From Glycera tridactyla (Eukaryota): a stretch of DNA of 64,000 bases. The translations under genes and the position numbers were made by a program. The DNA lies in assembly GCA_965644265.1 (NCBI GenBank), contig OZ286461.1, positions 48,236,001 through 48,300,000 of the forward strand, given 5' to 3'. Positions 1 to 15,100 of this stretch are shown in pieces. Under the pieces are notes generated by a model, which was given only the letters and a program-made list of their open reading frames with translations, did no database searches and was not told where the DNA came from. How positions within the stretch are numbered: position 1 is the first letter of the stretch; each line of letters starts with the position of its first letter.

Positions 1-2447
1 ACTATTCCAAATTTGCTTGCAAAAAATTCTGATTATGGATGAAAAAAACGAAGGTAAGCCTAGATAAGCAGCCTAGGTAAGCAGTCAGTTTCACCCCTCC
101 AGCATCATGTCCCTGATACGTACCAGGTAGCACTGAGGTATAAGGGTTACTGCTCAATAATTCCACATCCTGCCCCATTTATCACCATTAATACTGACCA
201 CCAGCTTTGTCAGTCCTTCATAACAACTTCATCAGAAGTCAGCCATAATGCACACCTCCCCTCACCTAATTACATGCAGGACCATTTCCCTATATGCCCA
301 ACTCATATATCACCATGGAAACCAATGTACACAGTGATGAAACACCTTCATGAGCAGGAAGAATGCAATATAATCAAATCGATGGATGACAGTTATTGAT
401 GGAGCCTCCACAAAAATCCATTCATGCATGGTTAATAAGAGGAAGAATTAGCAGCCCACTGCTCTTGTATCAGATGTTTGTCCAGGTGAATATTGGGAGG
501 GATATCATTCCTTGAATCCAATAGTTGGCCAGGCTAATATTTTTGGCACACTGCATGCTCATTGTTTGACTGGTGCCCACACACTTGGTTGATTATGACC
601 TGGGCTGCTGCACATGTGTATGCCATGCTTGGTTTCGAGTTGGTTTACAATCCTGTGTCAATTGAGGCTATCACCTCTGTCACCTCTCTGAAATTGAAAT
701 CCAATGCAATTGTGCCATGGAACCACGTCAGAAAACAAATGGCACAATACCCCTAACCCTTTTAAAAGGTATGAAATGATGTTGCATTGGGGCAATTCCC
801 GCCTTGCCAACATGTAAACTGTGATTGGAATATACATGTACCTCACAGCAGACCACCTATTTCTTGAGCCCATTTTTCATTCAGTATGATCTTGTAACTG
901 GTATTTTGGGTGACCTGCCATATTGCTATTCTCACTGTTCTACAATTCCTATTGATTCACCTTTTTGTGATTTTTACCCGAGTTTGCCAGGTGGAGGTGA
1001 CATGTTGCGGACTCTTATGTTTAGAAGAGAATTAGATAGAATTATGTCACATTTCTTGATGATAGCCAAATAATGTGTAACTGGTCTCACTGGATCTGAA
1101 TTGACCACATGCATAATGCATGTTTCTCATGTAATATAGATGGCAGGGAAGATGCATCTGTTCATCATCAGGACCACAAATGACCTATGAACTCTGAATG
1201 ACCTAGTATCAATTCACCGAGTCAGTTCCCCATCCCTCCACATTGCTCCAACCCTTGACATTAAGTATGAATGGTCATTATTGTGAGCATGTTTAAAGCC
1301 TTCCCCATCAGTGACAGTTAGGTATCAGATATCATGTATGTTGGCAAGATAATGGATAATTTATACCCATGCATCATCATTATAACAAACAGACTAAATA
1401 GACTGTATCAAGATCAGATCTACCTGTAGGCTTCAGTAGAATCCACTCAATATCATATACCATGATAAGGAACCAGTGAAATAATAACTCATATCAAGAT
1501 GAAATTGGATTGAGTAATCAAAGATCACCAACTTACAGGGAAAACTGATGAGATATGAACCCCCAGTCTTCACTTTCTAACCTTTCATCCATCCATAAAC
1601 TCACTGCATAAATTTAAATGTCCTCCTCGTCAGAGTCAGGAATTTCCAGAATCAGAAAATCAATTGCTCTTTTGGGTACATTGATTCATCATTTTCTTCT
1701 GGAGAAAAGATACCAACGCTACTCATGGCTCAACATTTTGTTTTTTTCTTCAGCTGTCCTTCAGGCAAATGAAATGTCCTTCTCAACATTTTTCACCTGT
1801 AAATGTCCACTGTATGGGCAATCTGATAAAGTTACCTGCCCTATCAATCAATATACCTGTTTGCCAGTAGGGTAGGCTTTAGTCTTGAGCCCTGGCACCG
1901 ATGAATCTCCTCATAGGTGACAGGGAGTCAGATCATGGCAAATGTAGGGGTGGGTGGGTGGGGAGCACATGGGCAGGCCACAGACACACTCTCTGCCATG
2001 CTTTCACCCACTAATGCACGTGCCACATTCATGTCACCAACAGACAACAGGCACCCCTCAACTAACATCATTTGCATATTAATGGCATCAAATTATCCAG
2101 GTGTTACCATAATTTGCTAAATGTCACTCCTTTTCTGAAATGGCATCCCCTCAGCATCCTGCAAAACTACTGCAGAGGATGATTACTCACATCGCCTCAG
2201 AGGTATACTGATATTACTGGACCAGTTATTGATTCAATGATTAACCATGATGACAACAATAATGATATTATAATTCACCATATTTCACACCTATCTCAAC
2301 ATTTTTATTAGATCTAAATCATCCACATTGTAAAACTCACGATTGAAAACCAGGCAATCAACTCTTTAAAAAGTACCCTGACTAGAATGCATGTCATTAT
2401 TCCGAAATTACACCATTTTTCAGAGACTATTATTGATTATTGATATA

Positions 2448-2624
2448 CAGTGAAACCTGCTTGAGAGTAAACCTGCGCTAGGCAAAATCCTGTCTTAAGC
2501 ACATACCCCACAGTCTGCCCGGATGTTTTTTTCTCACTATAATTGTCCTGCGCTAAGCAAAATCCTGTCTTAAGTGAAAGAAAAATTTGGTCCCGTGACT
2601 TTTCACATAAGACAGGTTTCACTG
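2448..2624. mobile_element. Tc1/mariner-pogo-type MITE, 177 bp
   Basis: TIR CAGTGAAACCTG…CAGGTTTCACTG flanked by TA on both sides. Confidence 0.9.
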
Positions 2625-3124
2625 TACAAAAGAATTATAATTTGCACATGTCTGAGTCATAATTTGAAGAATATTATATCTCTGAACAAACTTTCATTAC
2701 AAATAGTGGCCATAGATATGATGAAATATTTTCACCCACAGAAAACACTGGCGATTTAATACAAGTGTTAAAATGACAACCACAACCTCCTTGTGGAGCA
2801 CGTGTTGATGAGGGTGTACATATACACCATCCTCAGAGCCATTCTGCATGACATGCGCCAAATAAAGCCACCATTGTCAGTCCTATATAACAAAGGTACC
2901 AACAAAGAAACCACAAGAGAAAGCACGCTTCGTTCTGATTGACAGTTGACTATAAACCCTCAATCTACCAATACACTCAGCTTATTTTTTCAGGGACTGT
3001 CATTTCCTATGATGGCTCTAAAAAAATCAAGTCTACCAAACACATTGAATACATAAAACCAATTCCTTCAAAACCTTCAACATTCCTACTGGGCAGAAAC
3101 ACATAAAAACAAAGTCCCTGCTCC

Positions 3125-3310
3125 TGGGGTAGGTGGTGTTGAAATTTACCTGTCTACCATGAAACTAACCTGCCCTTTTCATTCATGCAAGATAAAATAA
3201 TCATTCATTTGTTTGTACTCATTCATTTCCATGCTCATCTTCCACTCATCCATCCGGTAGGTGAAATTGAAATCCACTTGGCCATCAGGGAAATCTACCT
3301 GCCCTAGACT
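3125..3310. mobile_element. Degenerate relic related to the ACCTGCCC-motif CAGGG MITE group
   Basis: GAAATTTACCTGTC, AACCTGCCC, GTAGGTGAAATT and GAAATCTACCTGCCC motifs; no clear TIR/TSD. Confidence 0.4.
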
Positions 3311-5467
3311 GACTGGAAACAGGGAGGATACAGGGTAAGAAGTGAGGGGATACAGAATATGAATGAAATGGGATGAGTGTGTGAAGTCAGAGATGTAACT
3401 CATAAACTGATGAATACCTCATATTCACCATCCTATTCATGCAGCACGCAAAGCAAACCAACACATCTGAATGCGACACAATTTTGTTTCCGTTACCTCA
3501 ACTGGAGTCATTACCTCAAATGGAGTCATGAATAGAGCTAATTATCCTGTACTGAATACACAAGCAGTCAACTTCCCACCATTTCTCTTCCACAGTCACG
3601 ATCTGGAATCTACATGCTCATTCAAACACAGACACAATGGTCATCGTACTAGTGACTGATTAAATAGAGGTTAGGGTACGATCTGATTTTCCACCTTTTG
3701 TTTCCATTTGATTTGTTGGTCATTCAGGTAAGATAGAATAGTCAGAGGCAACCTAGAAAACATGGTTGTGTTGGAGGTAAATTGACTAGAAGAAGTTTGT
3801 ATTCCTGTGCCAAGTTAGTGCATCTCACCGGACATGCTCCGAGAGGAAACGCAATTAGTCTGCAATTAACCAGCATTCATAGATGAAAGACCGACTGAAA
3901 AAGTCAAATGATGAGCCTCGCTCAGGTTTTTTTTAAACTCCACTAAAAACACATCAAACAGGTTAAAGCATGTCCAGGTGCTGCATGAATAAGTGCAATT
4001 CAGAATTCCACATGTTCATTCCTCTTAACCTACCACAGAAGCAGCCAAACGTAGGCACAAATCCAGAACATTTTCATTTCTAAAGTGGTAAAATCACTAC
4101 ACTCACTACAGAAATTTCCAGTTCCATGTTTTGTTAACATTTTGATCTACAAACATAAGCCAACAATACTGTACTAAGATGCAAAACTTGAATGTTTGCT
4201 GATGGCGGGCTTTTTCTAAAATGATGAATGATGATGGCCATAAGACGTGAGATGATATGTCCATGGCGCGTGCTCCAACAAAGGATGCTTCAAATTTGCC
4301 TGCAATTTCATAATTATTATCAAGTTGACGAGCAATTATACCCACCTGGCAAGATGCTTCACACAGCCAACCACCAGATTCTTTCTGCTCCAAATACACC
4401 AAGCTATCATTTCACATCTGTTACTGATGATGAAAAAATTATATACTTGTGAGCACCAAAATGGAGAGTAAAAATACATGTCTGGCACAGGTGGCAATCT
4501 GATGACTATCTTTCATGTAACTCATCTAGGCATTTGATAATGTTAGGATTCGCCAAGAGATGAATCATTAAATGCTATGGTGTATGCAGAGATACAAAAA
4601 GCAAGTTCTGAAAGCACTAATATTCCTGAATATCTATCAGAGAGACATGAGGGGGAAAACAGCTTGGAAAACTTTGAAGAATCCCATCTCTGTATACATC
4701 AAAGTCACTCTTTCTCTGACTGGGAGACTGGCTTTTTGAATGATTGCGCAACGAGTCATTCATTGGGACATATAGCGCAGTTCCAAGACTTCCAGCACAA
4801 GGGACTTTTTCCACTTGAATATGAAATAACAGAGCACAGTTCCTCCATATTCATATTCATGACTTAGTTCTGGTTCATTCAGTAGGGATGATGGGAATTC
4901 ATCTCAACATCAACAAATACATGTAATGCCCAAACCCAATCTGGAATGAGCTGATACGTAAATGATCCCCTAATTAACAGCCTGCTGTCATTGTAATTAA
5001 TATTGCAAGGCCCTGATTCATCTTTGAACATCAACTTAAACATGCAAAATGGAGATCAGCAAACTTTTCAGGTAAAACCACACATTCCATGTTGTGGTAC
5101 CTGCTAGTCATTATGATGCTGAAACCAACAATCTTCAAGTTGACAACCAAATTGTTGGATACCGCGAACATGCATGTATTACATGATGGTTGCTCAAGAT
5201 GATGAGACCACAAACAAGAGTAATTCCCCCTTCTGAATGTCACACCATACTTAGTCTCGTCCAACAGATGTCATTATCAAGGGTGATCCAGTGAAGTGAC
5301 ACCTGCTTTCCAGGTAATGATAGATATACATAGCTATGATGGGGCAAAGGGTCAATTTAATAGTCTGTATTCAATTGAGATTTTGATTTGTGGAATTAGC
5401 CAAAAAGATGGATAAAACAAAAGAATTTACATCTCTAACTCCACAATAATTGAATCCTTTGCAGATA

Positions 5468-5645
5468 CAGTCGAACCTCCCTAAAAAGACCACCTTCGGT
5501 CGCATCAAAAAGTGGTCTTTATAAGGAGGTGATCTTTATAGAGAGGTCATCTACTGTTGAAAATACTACCACGGGCGCAGCTCAGGGTGGTCTTTATAGG
5601 GAGGTGGTCTTTATAGAGAGGTGGTCTTTAGAGGAGGTTCGACTG
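5468..5645 (+). mobile_element. Tc1/mariner-pogo-type MITE family A, 178 bp
   Basis: TIR CAGTCGAACCTC…GAGGTTCGACTG, TA flanks, internal repeated GGTGGTCTTTATAG motif. Near-identical to the reverse complement of 8959-9136 and 57950-58126. Confidence 0.92.
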
Positions 5646-6614
5646 TATTTCAAAGTAGGAAGTTTGGTACTGAATCTATTTCTAGGTTTCATCAGGAAAG
5701 TGGGGAATCAACAGGGAAAATTCCTAAACCCAGAGCAGCCGACTACCACAACAAGCCGACTTACAGCTGATAAGTGGCAGCCGCAAAAAGAGATCCAGAC
5801 AATAAACAAGCATGATTGGACCAATCAGCCATCTGTCCATCTTATCTATACACAATAGTTACTTGTGACCTTCAGCCCTATAATATATGACCTTGTAGAC
5901 TGGGAGATTGGAGCAAATAATAATGATGCAATTCATCCTCAACCAAACATGCTCTTATCCTGCCACAGTCTCTTAATAGACCCTTTCTTGTATATATATA
6001 TAATATTCTACATATCATCCAATAACCCCTGCTTGTCCAATTCAAATTCCTTTATCTCACCTGTCTCAATAAAGTTTTTGTATCTTGTATCTTGTATCTT
6101 CTATCAAATTGGAATATGAGCCGAAGCTCACAGGTGATCAATTCACATGAAGAGTTAAGGAAATGATAATTCAATTCTGAATAATTTAATGTGAATTCAT
6201 GTGAACTCTTTAGATTTTGGTAGAATGTGATCACAATCTGATGAATCATCAGACTTGGTAAACAGAATGGAGTAAGCTTCAACTGTATAAACAAAATTCC
6301 ATAACTCTTTGAAATCACGACTGACTCCTGGTTCAAATAACCATGAACATCAATTGGTAAATGGAATAATTCAATCTCTGTATGAGGGATCACTACCCCC
6401 CCCCCCCCCCCCCCCCATTCTAGTCACTTCAGAGGGCTGAGGGAAGTACTCCACACAAGCCTGAAAGGATGATGTTTCTGGCATCTGTGATCCTATTTTA
6501 GTGCTGCATGTCACCTTATCTCGATGGCATGTTCAACAGGCAGGTGGTAGAAGATAAGCAACTCCTCATCATCATGATCCTCCCACAATATTCCAAGGTA
6601 GCAACTTGTACCTA

Positions 6615-6791
6615 CAGTCAAACTTGTCCTAAGCATGAAGCCTCGGTACATAAAAGATATGTGTGCTTAGAGCAAGTTCATGCTTAGTACAGGTCAATTA
6701 TAGTGAAAAATACTCCGATGAGATGAACAAAACCTGTTGCTTAGGACAAGTTCTTGCTTCGTACAAGTCTTGCTTAGGACAAGTTTGACTG
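6615..6791 (+). mobile_element. Tc1/mariner-pogo-type MITE family B, 177 bp
   Basis: TIR CAGTCAAACTTGTCCTAAGCA…TGCTTAGGACAAGTTTGACTG, TA flanks; homologous to 41360-41551. Confidence 0.92.
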
Positions 6792-8958
6792 TACTTGAGG
6801 AATCTGGCTTGAAATCACAATTCCTAACTGATCACAATATTTAAGTATTCCTTGTACATACACTGTTCAGTGAATAATTTGATGCTCAAAAATACTGATT
6901 CCAATAGTTCAGAGTATGGAATTCTTCAACAACTTCCCTTGTATCTGAAATTATGAAGCATCCAGCTCTCATGAATCAGGAACACCCAACCAACTAGATT
7001 GGTACGAGCCATCCGCCAGATTGCCATAGGCTGAATCTTGTGCCATCTGGCTCAAGAAGTTGACATATCTTAGCCAGTTTGGCTGAAATTAATTTCAAAT
7101 TAATTTCAAAGCCATACTTCTGGCTCATTGCATCAATCAGTTCATTTCTCATATTAGTGTCAGGATCCTGAGCCTGAACCATCATTTCGGACCTTGCAAG
7201 CTTCAAAATCATGTTCAAACATCAATTTCAAACGTATGATATATCATTGGCCACGAAGAAATGGTAGCCATGCTCCTCCTTCATGCTTTTACTGAAGGCA
7301 AATTTGTGAAATCATATCCTGCTCAGGTGCCAACACAGACAGGTTGAGGACAGGTGTTAAACTCCAATCAATCAATCAGGCGTGAAAACTTTTCACGCTC
7401 AATCTAAACTTCACCACTCATCGATACTAGGCTAAAATCCCTGCTCCTGTTTGATCCTCACTGATGGGCAGTGGTGTATCAAATACAGGGAGATGAATGT
7501 CCTGAAACAAGATATAAGTCATCCGGGTGCAGATGGGCATTGTCGGGTGTGACCACGGAAACCACAAACTGGCAGGTCTAACAATCAGCTTCACTATCGA
7601 GGACAAGCACCTGCCCTCGAGGACAATCAAAGCGTGGATACCAACAATATGGCAGACCAACGCAAGTTGTCACATGTATCAACATTCATCAAAAAACTGA
7701 CAAAAGAAAAGAAAATGTTTCGACAGCTCCAACTAAAATTACCACATCATTTGACTTATTACCTCTATATGATGAATGGGCTGGCTGAACAAATAAGTCT
7801 ATTGTGTGTATCTTTGGGCGAGTATTTTCTTTTCGTCACAAAATAAAGGCACATTAGTGAAAAAGTCATGAGTTTTTATATGGAATAAGTTGATGCAATT
7901 CATCTGATGGGAGGCATATACTTCTCAAGCCGAGATGGAGAGGGAGAAAGGAGGCTAGAAATCTTCTGTGTAATAATACTATATATTTAGGAGAGCTTAT
8001 TGTCCAAATCTGAATTTAATCAAAGATGATTTCAGACACATGCAATGATTACAAACTGTAATGAACAAAAACAATAATGGTGCCAATTTCAAAGAGGACC
8101 AATCACCATTTGCCAATGGAATAATATCAACTCAGAATTATGTAGGGTAGAATTTCAGTAAAATGCATGAACTCTGGCACAAAGAGAGAGGACATTACTC
8201 CGAAATGACAATGGTTTGCATCTTTGCTAATGTCTAGACACTTGGCTAGACTGCAAATGTCTCAAAAATGACACCTCATAAATTTTGATAGGTTATTGCA
8301 GCACTTTCTCAAGCCATAGACATTGAGTGGACTTTTCCATATTTATTCTGCAATCCAAACCACTGAACTTGACCAAAGAAAACTTGTGTTGAAGTATTCA
8401 TTCCGGTTTTGGCTGATCATTTGAAATTTTGGATTTCATTTTATTCATAAAACTCCTGCAGTTCTCAAATACTAGATGGATTCAACCATTGCATAAGCCT
8501 ATGCACCAGACACAAGACTGTCGTCACACAAACTGACTTGGCCATCTGGTCTGTTTCATCTACGACACTTAATGACACCATTTCAGATGATATCGAGTTC
8601 CGACTAAAAGCAAATCGCTGTTCCATCCCCAAATGCATATCATCCAGGTAAATGACCCTCCTCTCCATCCACCAATAAGATCCTGAGTCCACCATTTACA
8701 TTAAATTTTCGACTAAATGTTGAGAAAATCACAATATCTATGCACATCAAGGAGAACAATGAGATCCTCATACCACAAAATCGAGCAAAGCTATGCATCG
8801 GATAGATGACGGTGAAAAGTAGCATTTCATGTGAATAGGTATGGCCATCATCAAACTGAGTCTTTATTTTAGCCAAGAAATGGCTCAGAAAATGTTCCTT
8901 GCTCATTCCAAGATCTAACTGAAGTAAAATACATTTTAATGGTGTATCATCAAACATA

Positions 8959-9136
8959 CAGTCGAACCTCCTCTAAAGACCACCTCTCTATAAAGTCCAC
9001 CTCCCTATAAAGACCACCATGAGCTGTGACCATGTTAGCATTTTCAACAGTAAATGACCTCTCTATGAAGACCACCTCCCTATAAAGACCACATTTTGAT
9101 GCGACCGAGGGCGGTCATTATAGAGAGGTTTGACTG
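8959..9136 (-). mobile_element. MITE family A, 178 bp (inverted relative to 5468-5645)
   Basis: TA|CAGTCGAACCTC…AGGTTTGACTG|TA with internal AAAGACCACC repeats. Confidence 0.92.
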
Positions 9137-12100
9137 TAGTCTCATTCTGAAAAGAATGTGTTGCACTGATATGACACAATGTGGGGCGAATAGCTCTTAG
9201 TCAAAATAGTCAAGAATGTCTGTGATGGAACATGAAGCAAAGATTGGAACTACAAGTATAGGTATGAAGAAGCACCTCATTCCAAACTTGAAAAGGTTAC
9301 TAGTGATGTCTGGAAAAGAGGGGTTTCCCAGAAGGTGATTCCCAAGAGGGTGTGACCCCTGAAGGGGTGTTCCTCAAACTTCATTGAGGTCATTTATGGA
9401 GATTCCCCCAGCTCAGTGTCAACTCACTAATGACCTTGCTGTGCCTGCACAAAGTTCCCTACCCCAGCCTCCTCATTTATACATATATACCTTAACAATG
9501 GCTGTGAACACAGATAACAATGCAGTTCAATACAAGTCTGGGTCACGAGTTCAGGGACCAACTGCGCTGACTTGCCAGATATATGGGTTCGACAGACTCA
9601 CTGACCACTCTCTTCTGAGACATGCCTCAACTTCAATCAAGTTCATTCAATGAAGCAACTTGAATTAACTTTCCCAGATTAGCTGAAGCCAGAGCATGGT
9701 TATGAGAATTCTGATGGCTCCTACTGGTGCATTCATCTTTCTCTGATTACTCAGCATTGAAATACCAAGGAGGCTGCACTTAATGCATTTCAGACCAATA
9801 TATCCAGTCAACATAACCCCAATGTTCTACACATGACAATATTTGATAACAGAAATAGTATGATGCCAGTTTTCAAAAAGGAATTACAGTATTTGCAATG
9901 AGTGAAAAAAGCTCTGGATTTCTTGTAATGGAATCATGCATGAAATGCAAAAGAGGTAACCATTACTTCAAAAGCATAATGGTTGCCATCTTTGCAGCAA
10001 TAGATTATCAACAAACCAGAGCAATGAGCTCACAGAATATGTTGTTATAACAGTGCAAGGTAAAATATCAATGCATACTGAATGTTTTGGGCTACAATAG
10101 CAGCTGAAGGTCTGCAAAACACATTGAAAACGGCCAACCAATCATCAGTCTTTGCAGCATGAAGTTTGTAATTGTCACATGTTGATGTCAAAGGGTTACA
10201 GCGCATCATAACAGAGAGCAGTGTACTCATTACCCCTTAGACGCCAAATCCAGGGACCTCATCGCCAGTGACCTGTGACAAGTTGGAGGTCATGATAAGA
10301 CAGCGTCTGGCTGCTACAATAATGGTTTCTATGAATTTGTCAAGTGAAACCGCAGCATTGCTCTTGATATTTCCCTGTGTGACTCCACAAACTGCCCCGG
10401 CAGGCCATGAAATTGTTACTGAACATATATGGTAATCATCTAGGATAAGACCCATCTTTTGAAGTGGAAACTGCATTTACAATAGATAATCTGGATAAAA
10501 ATGACACTCATTGGTCAAAAAGTGAGACGTTTATCTTGGAAAGATTGAGTGATATGGTGGGCAAAAACACCACGGGAATTAAGAAATATTCTACTGAATC
10601 AGATAAATCTCTGCAAACATATATTGTTATCATTGAAGAACATAATAATAACCAACCATCTATACAAATTCATGTGAGACATTTGTGATATTTTTCATAG
10701 AGGAAATATGACTAGAGAATACATAAGTCCTACAGGGATACATTAGAGGTAATTTGTCACCCTTGGTATTACATAATTCCAGCAACAAATAACAATAAAA
10801 GATTTATGGGGAGGGCAATTAGGGAAATTGACTGGAAGATGAGAATCACCATCAGCATCACCACAACTGTCTAGACTGCTTCTGAAGCTGCCGCTGCACC
10901 TGTACCAGCTATCTCATCAGAGTAATATCTGAATTGTTATCTTGAATGAAATTGCAGCTGATATATTCAATGTAGCAGAATCACTCTTAGAGTAGAATTT
11001 CTGACTAAGAATTTACCAGTTTGGAGAAACCATTTTTGGAAGGCCAATTTCTTTAGTCACAAGTGTACAGCCGGTATATTTGATCAGGTGTGAATTGAAC
11101 AAAATTACAAAAAAAAGTCTAATCCAGAAATGTAATTCCCTGGTTCTATACATCTGAGCCACAAAAGTAAACACAGAGAAAATACGGCAAGAATTTTTTG
11201 AACTCATCACACATCAGATGGGTAATATCTGTCTCATTTGATGCTCTCTGCTAGCTCTTTTGAAAAGTAATCTCCATTATTTTGATTCAGTATTGAGTAC
11301 TCTATTCATCAATCGTACCCTCAAAATCTTCAATTGAAAGTAATCTCTCTCAAACAATGAAACACTCATCAGAGTCCAAGGCACATCAATGCACAGTCTG
11401 ACCTCTAGTGTTAATTCGGTGCAAATCACTAGACCTCATTGACAAATCACTGCACGTCCTGACAGCTGGCCAATGAGCTTGCATGCACACAGAGTTGCAT
11501 CGTGGGTGATCTTTAATCTATCTCCGTAGTCATACAATAGATCTGTAGCAACGCTTTTCTGATTTTGGCGAAGCTATGAATGTAAATCAGACTTCAAGGT
11601 CAGCCAAGGAGAGTGAGAGTACAATCAAAGAGTAGACAGCTTTTGTACAATGCCCGACATTCCAGATATAGGCGGACTTGTCAGAAATAATGTCAACTCA
11701 CAACAAAGCTTCATCAGTATCTTTATAAGAGAAAATTTGAGTTCATTCATTTGACCACTACAATTCATATGTCATCAGTTGCTTATTCCATATACTTGGC
11801 TATAACATGAACACCAAAATCCCATCCTGAAATTATACCATGATTGTCAATTGTACATTTCAAATCCTAATGAACTGTAAGATTCAACTTAGTTAATTTA
11901 ATTTCCATAATACATAGAATATGGTAACCTGAGGGTAAATTTGGTAGCAATTGGTTACCCACAGGTAGCAAGCAGCAAAGAGCCCTGTATCAATCAAGGA
12001 ACATGGTGGTCAGTGGTCACCCAATTCAAGTGTTAATGGACAGTGAATCAAATGCTTTGGAATCGACAGTGAACAGTCTTTCACAGAATACGGGGTTCTA

Positions 12101-15100
12101 AGCACGATTGGGTAACAATATCTGTGGGAGTATGTCATGGTCCCAGTCCATTGGTATGTCAATCTGTCCAATCAGAATAGGTGTCACATTTATAGGTAGA
12201 ACCATCCAATAACATGCCATGACAGGATCTAACTCAGGTACTGTGCCGTCACATTATCTATGTCATGTTATGGATATAATTGACCAATCACCCGATGAGT
12301 ATCGATGTGCAAATGATCATAATTTGTACGTAGCTATCGCTACGTACTCGCCTGATTCCCATGATTGCCCAGTGAGTGCCCACACCATGATTTGATAACC
12401 ACTCTTTTTTCTTTACTGACTGCTGATTCTTTTTTTTTGAATGCCTGCTGAAAAGTAACACAGTAACACACACATGCAGTCCTTAACCGACTACATGCAA
12501 CTTTATCCACTTGTGGGTAAAGGAAAAGGCCAAATTTATATACGGTTGTTTGGTTTTTTTTTGGCCCAGAGATGAACCTGAAAAATGAAAATTTGAATCC
12601 CTCTCACATATATAATTCCATCTGTGGCTTGTGGGGTTGCACAGGATTTCCAGAATCAGGAGCAATTGCCCGCTAAAAATTGAGAAGAGAAGAAATTCCT
12701 TCACAAAATCTTCTGAAATCATTCTGGGGGTTTATGAATATTGAACAGAAGTCACTGTGATGCTTGCGTGCCACTCAATCATGAAGCTGGGTATCATATA
12801 AAGAGATATGAAGATGATCAAAAACATGCATTGAATTATGAATGCTACTGTCATTCTCAAGTTTGTTCATTCCATACTTTTCGATGGCCTCTGCCAAATT
12901 TCATGGATGGATGAAGAAATACAATGATGACACACAATATAACTGACAAAGATGACCTTCAGTGAAGATGACCTCCAATGGATGCTTTGCTGGATCTCTG
13001 ATGGACCTTTGTGGTATTACTCTGGTGATCAGGGCAATTTGAGCATCAACATTGGCGTCGCCGAATGCAGCAGACGAAGTGACGCTACCTGGATGCACAC
13101 CTGGAGACGTCACAGGTCACTGCACAGGTCACATGAAGGCCAAGCTGCCAAGGTCGAATACTCCCAAGGTCAAATTCACCTACCGCTCAAATGAAACACC
13201 CACCCTTCTCCCTGTAGTTCTTTCAAAAGGGCTGAGCCACTGGAATATATTGGCCTAATTTTCATATTCCTTTACAGCTGACAGACTGTACAATAGTGCC
13301 TGAACAGAATGCTAAATCAATCTTCGGAATATCAAAGCCCTTGGCTCAAAGTGCATGCTGTGCTCTTCATCCACAACTCAGACAACTGATGAAACAAACC
13401 ATTTCAGCATGACATAGAAACTCATTGAAAAAAAAACTAAGTAGTGGAGTATTAGACTGCTACAGAGATCTCAATGTCTCTCTCCTCTTCATGTTTTCGG
13501 TGACCTATATACAATTGCTCACAGCTGAATATATTAGCTGAGCTGAACATCTGTAAACTCAGTTGAAGTGACTCGGTTGTTAAACCATTATATGCAAATA
13601 TGAATGAGTGAGGGCAACCAAAACTGATACATTAGTTGCTCAAGTTGCAAATGCAAATTTTGTTAAGGCCAAGATTCCAAGTAAAGCTAGAGGAAAAATG
13701 TGTAAATGAACTGAAGCCTGTCAAAGGCCTCCAGTTGAGCCTGCCACTGGCTATTTTCCTCAGCAACCTGAGACCGGAGCACTACTTCAGATAAACGACC
13801 AATTATCAGAACAATAATGACCTGCTGTGCACAAGTATTTTATAGATCATGTTAGGACCCACTCATGCATCAAATCATGAAATGTATTCCCTCCACTACA
13901 ATGCAGGCCACACTGACATGAAAATACCACAATAAACATTCTCATTATTTTTTACCAAATTCATTTCATATGATGAGAAATTTCAGACAAAGGTATGAAC
14001 AAAGAGAGGTCAACACTTGCCACATCATGCAATGCATATGGAATTATTGGTTCAACTGTTAGGAAATCTGCGTCAATTTGTGCCAAATTTTTTTTAGTTA
14101 TGACATTTCATAATCTTTTCCCCACAAATCCAGAACAGAGGTGATTTCTCTTAGTCGTCAAGTCTCTCTTCATTAAGATGCTGGGATTTGGAAGTACTGA
14201 ATGGGTTTTTATGATCATCCCCAACCTTTTGCTTTAACTCTGCATTTTTGGTATCTCTACAGAGAACCTACCCCTTGTTATCATTGGGCCATCGAAGGCA
14301 GGTGGGCAGCCAACTATGCAATACTTAGGGCAAAGATCACTCAACCAATGAGAGTAATAATAAGTCATACAGTAAAATCTTCTAACAAAGGCCAACTGTC
14401 AAGAAAGATATCTTTTTGCAACAACCATTTTTGACGTGTGATCAGCAAGGAGTCCCATCCTGAAAACATTTCTTATCGTTTTCCTGAATAGCCTTATGGC
14501 CAGCAAGCACCTGACTTGGAATGAAATTACAAGGACTGCAATGTGATTGCTCATTGCAGATCCCATTGTATGGATAACACATCATGCCCATATTTCGCCA
14601 TGAGAAAAAAGCTCATATCGCAAAAAACATTAGGAAACTACATAAAACATTGTTAGGAGTGATTAAGAATATTGGTAGCAATTGAAACAAAAATTGCTAC
14701 ATAGGTGTTTATAAACATACATATTTCCAGTACAAAAGAGTAGGGATAAGTGTACATCTTCAAGTACAAAAGGAGTAAATGCAGGGCAGCATGTTATCAA
14801 ATACTGGGATCAGCGATACTTTTCTCTATAATCTTTGATAAATCTGTGAATATATGCTGAGGTTTTTGTGCATATTATAGAGCAGATTATAATTCTTCAT
14901 TGTTTGATGTATCTTTCAAACACTTAACATGTTCTTATCCATAGGATTAGACATGTCAGAGGATCATGATGATGGTGATGCAGGGCAGCGTGGGTGGGTG
15001 GGTGGATGTGTTGGTGCCCCCTCCTATTGAACTTACCCCCATCTGGTGGCTGAATATATGAACTACATCATGTGTAGAGTGCCATCTGGTGTGTAGGGCA

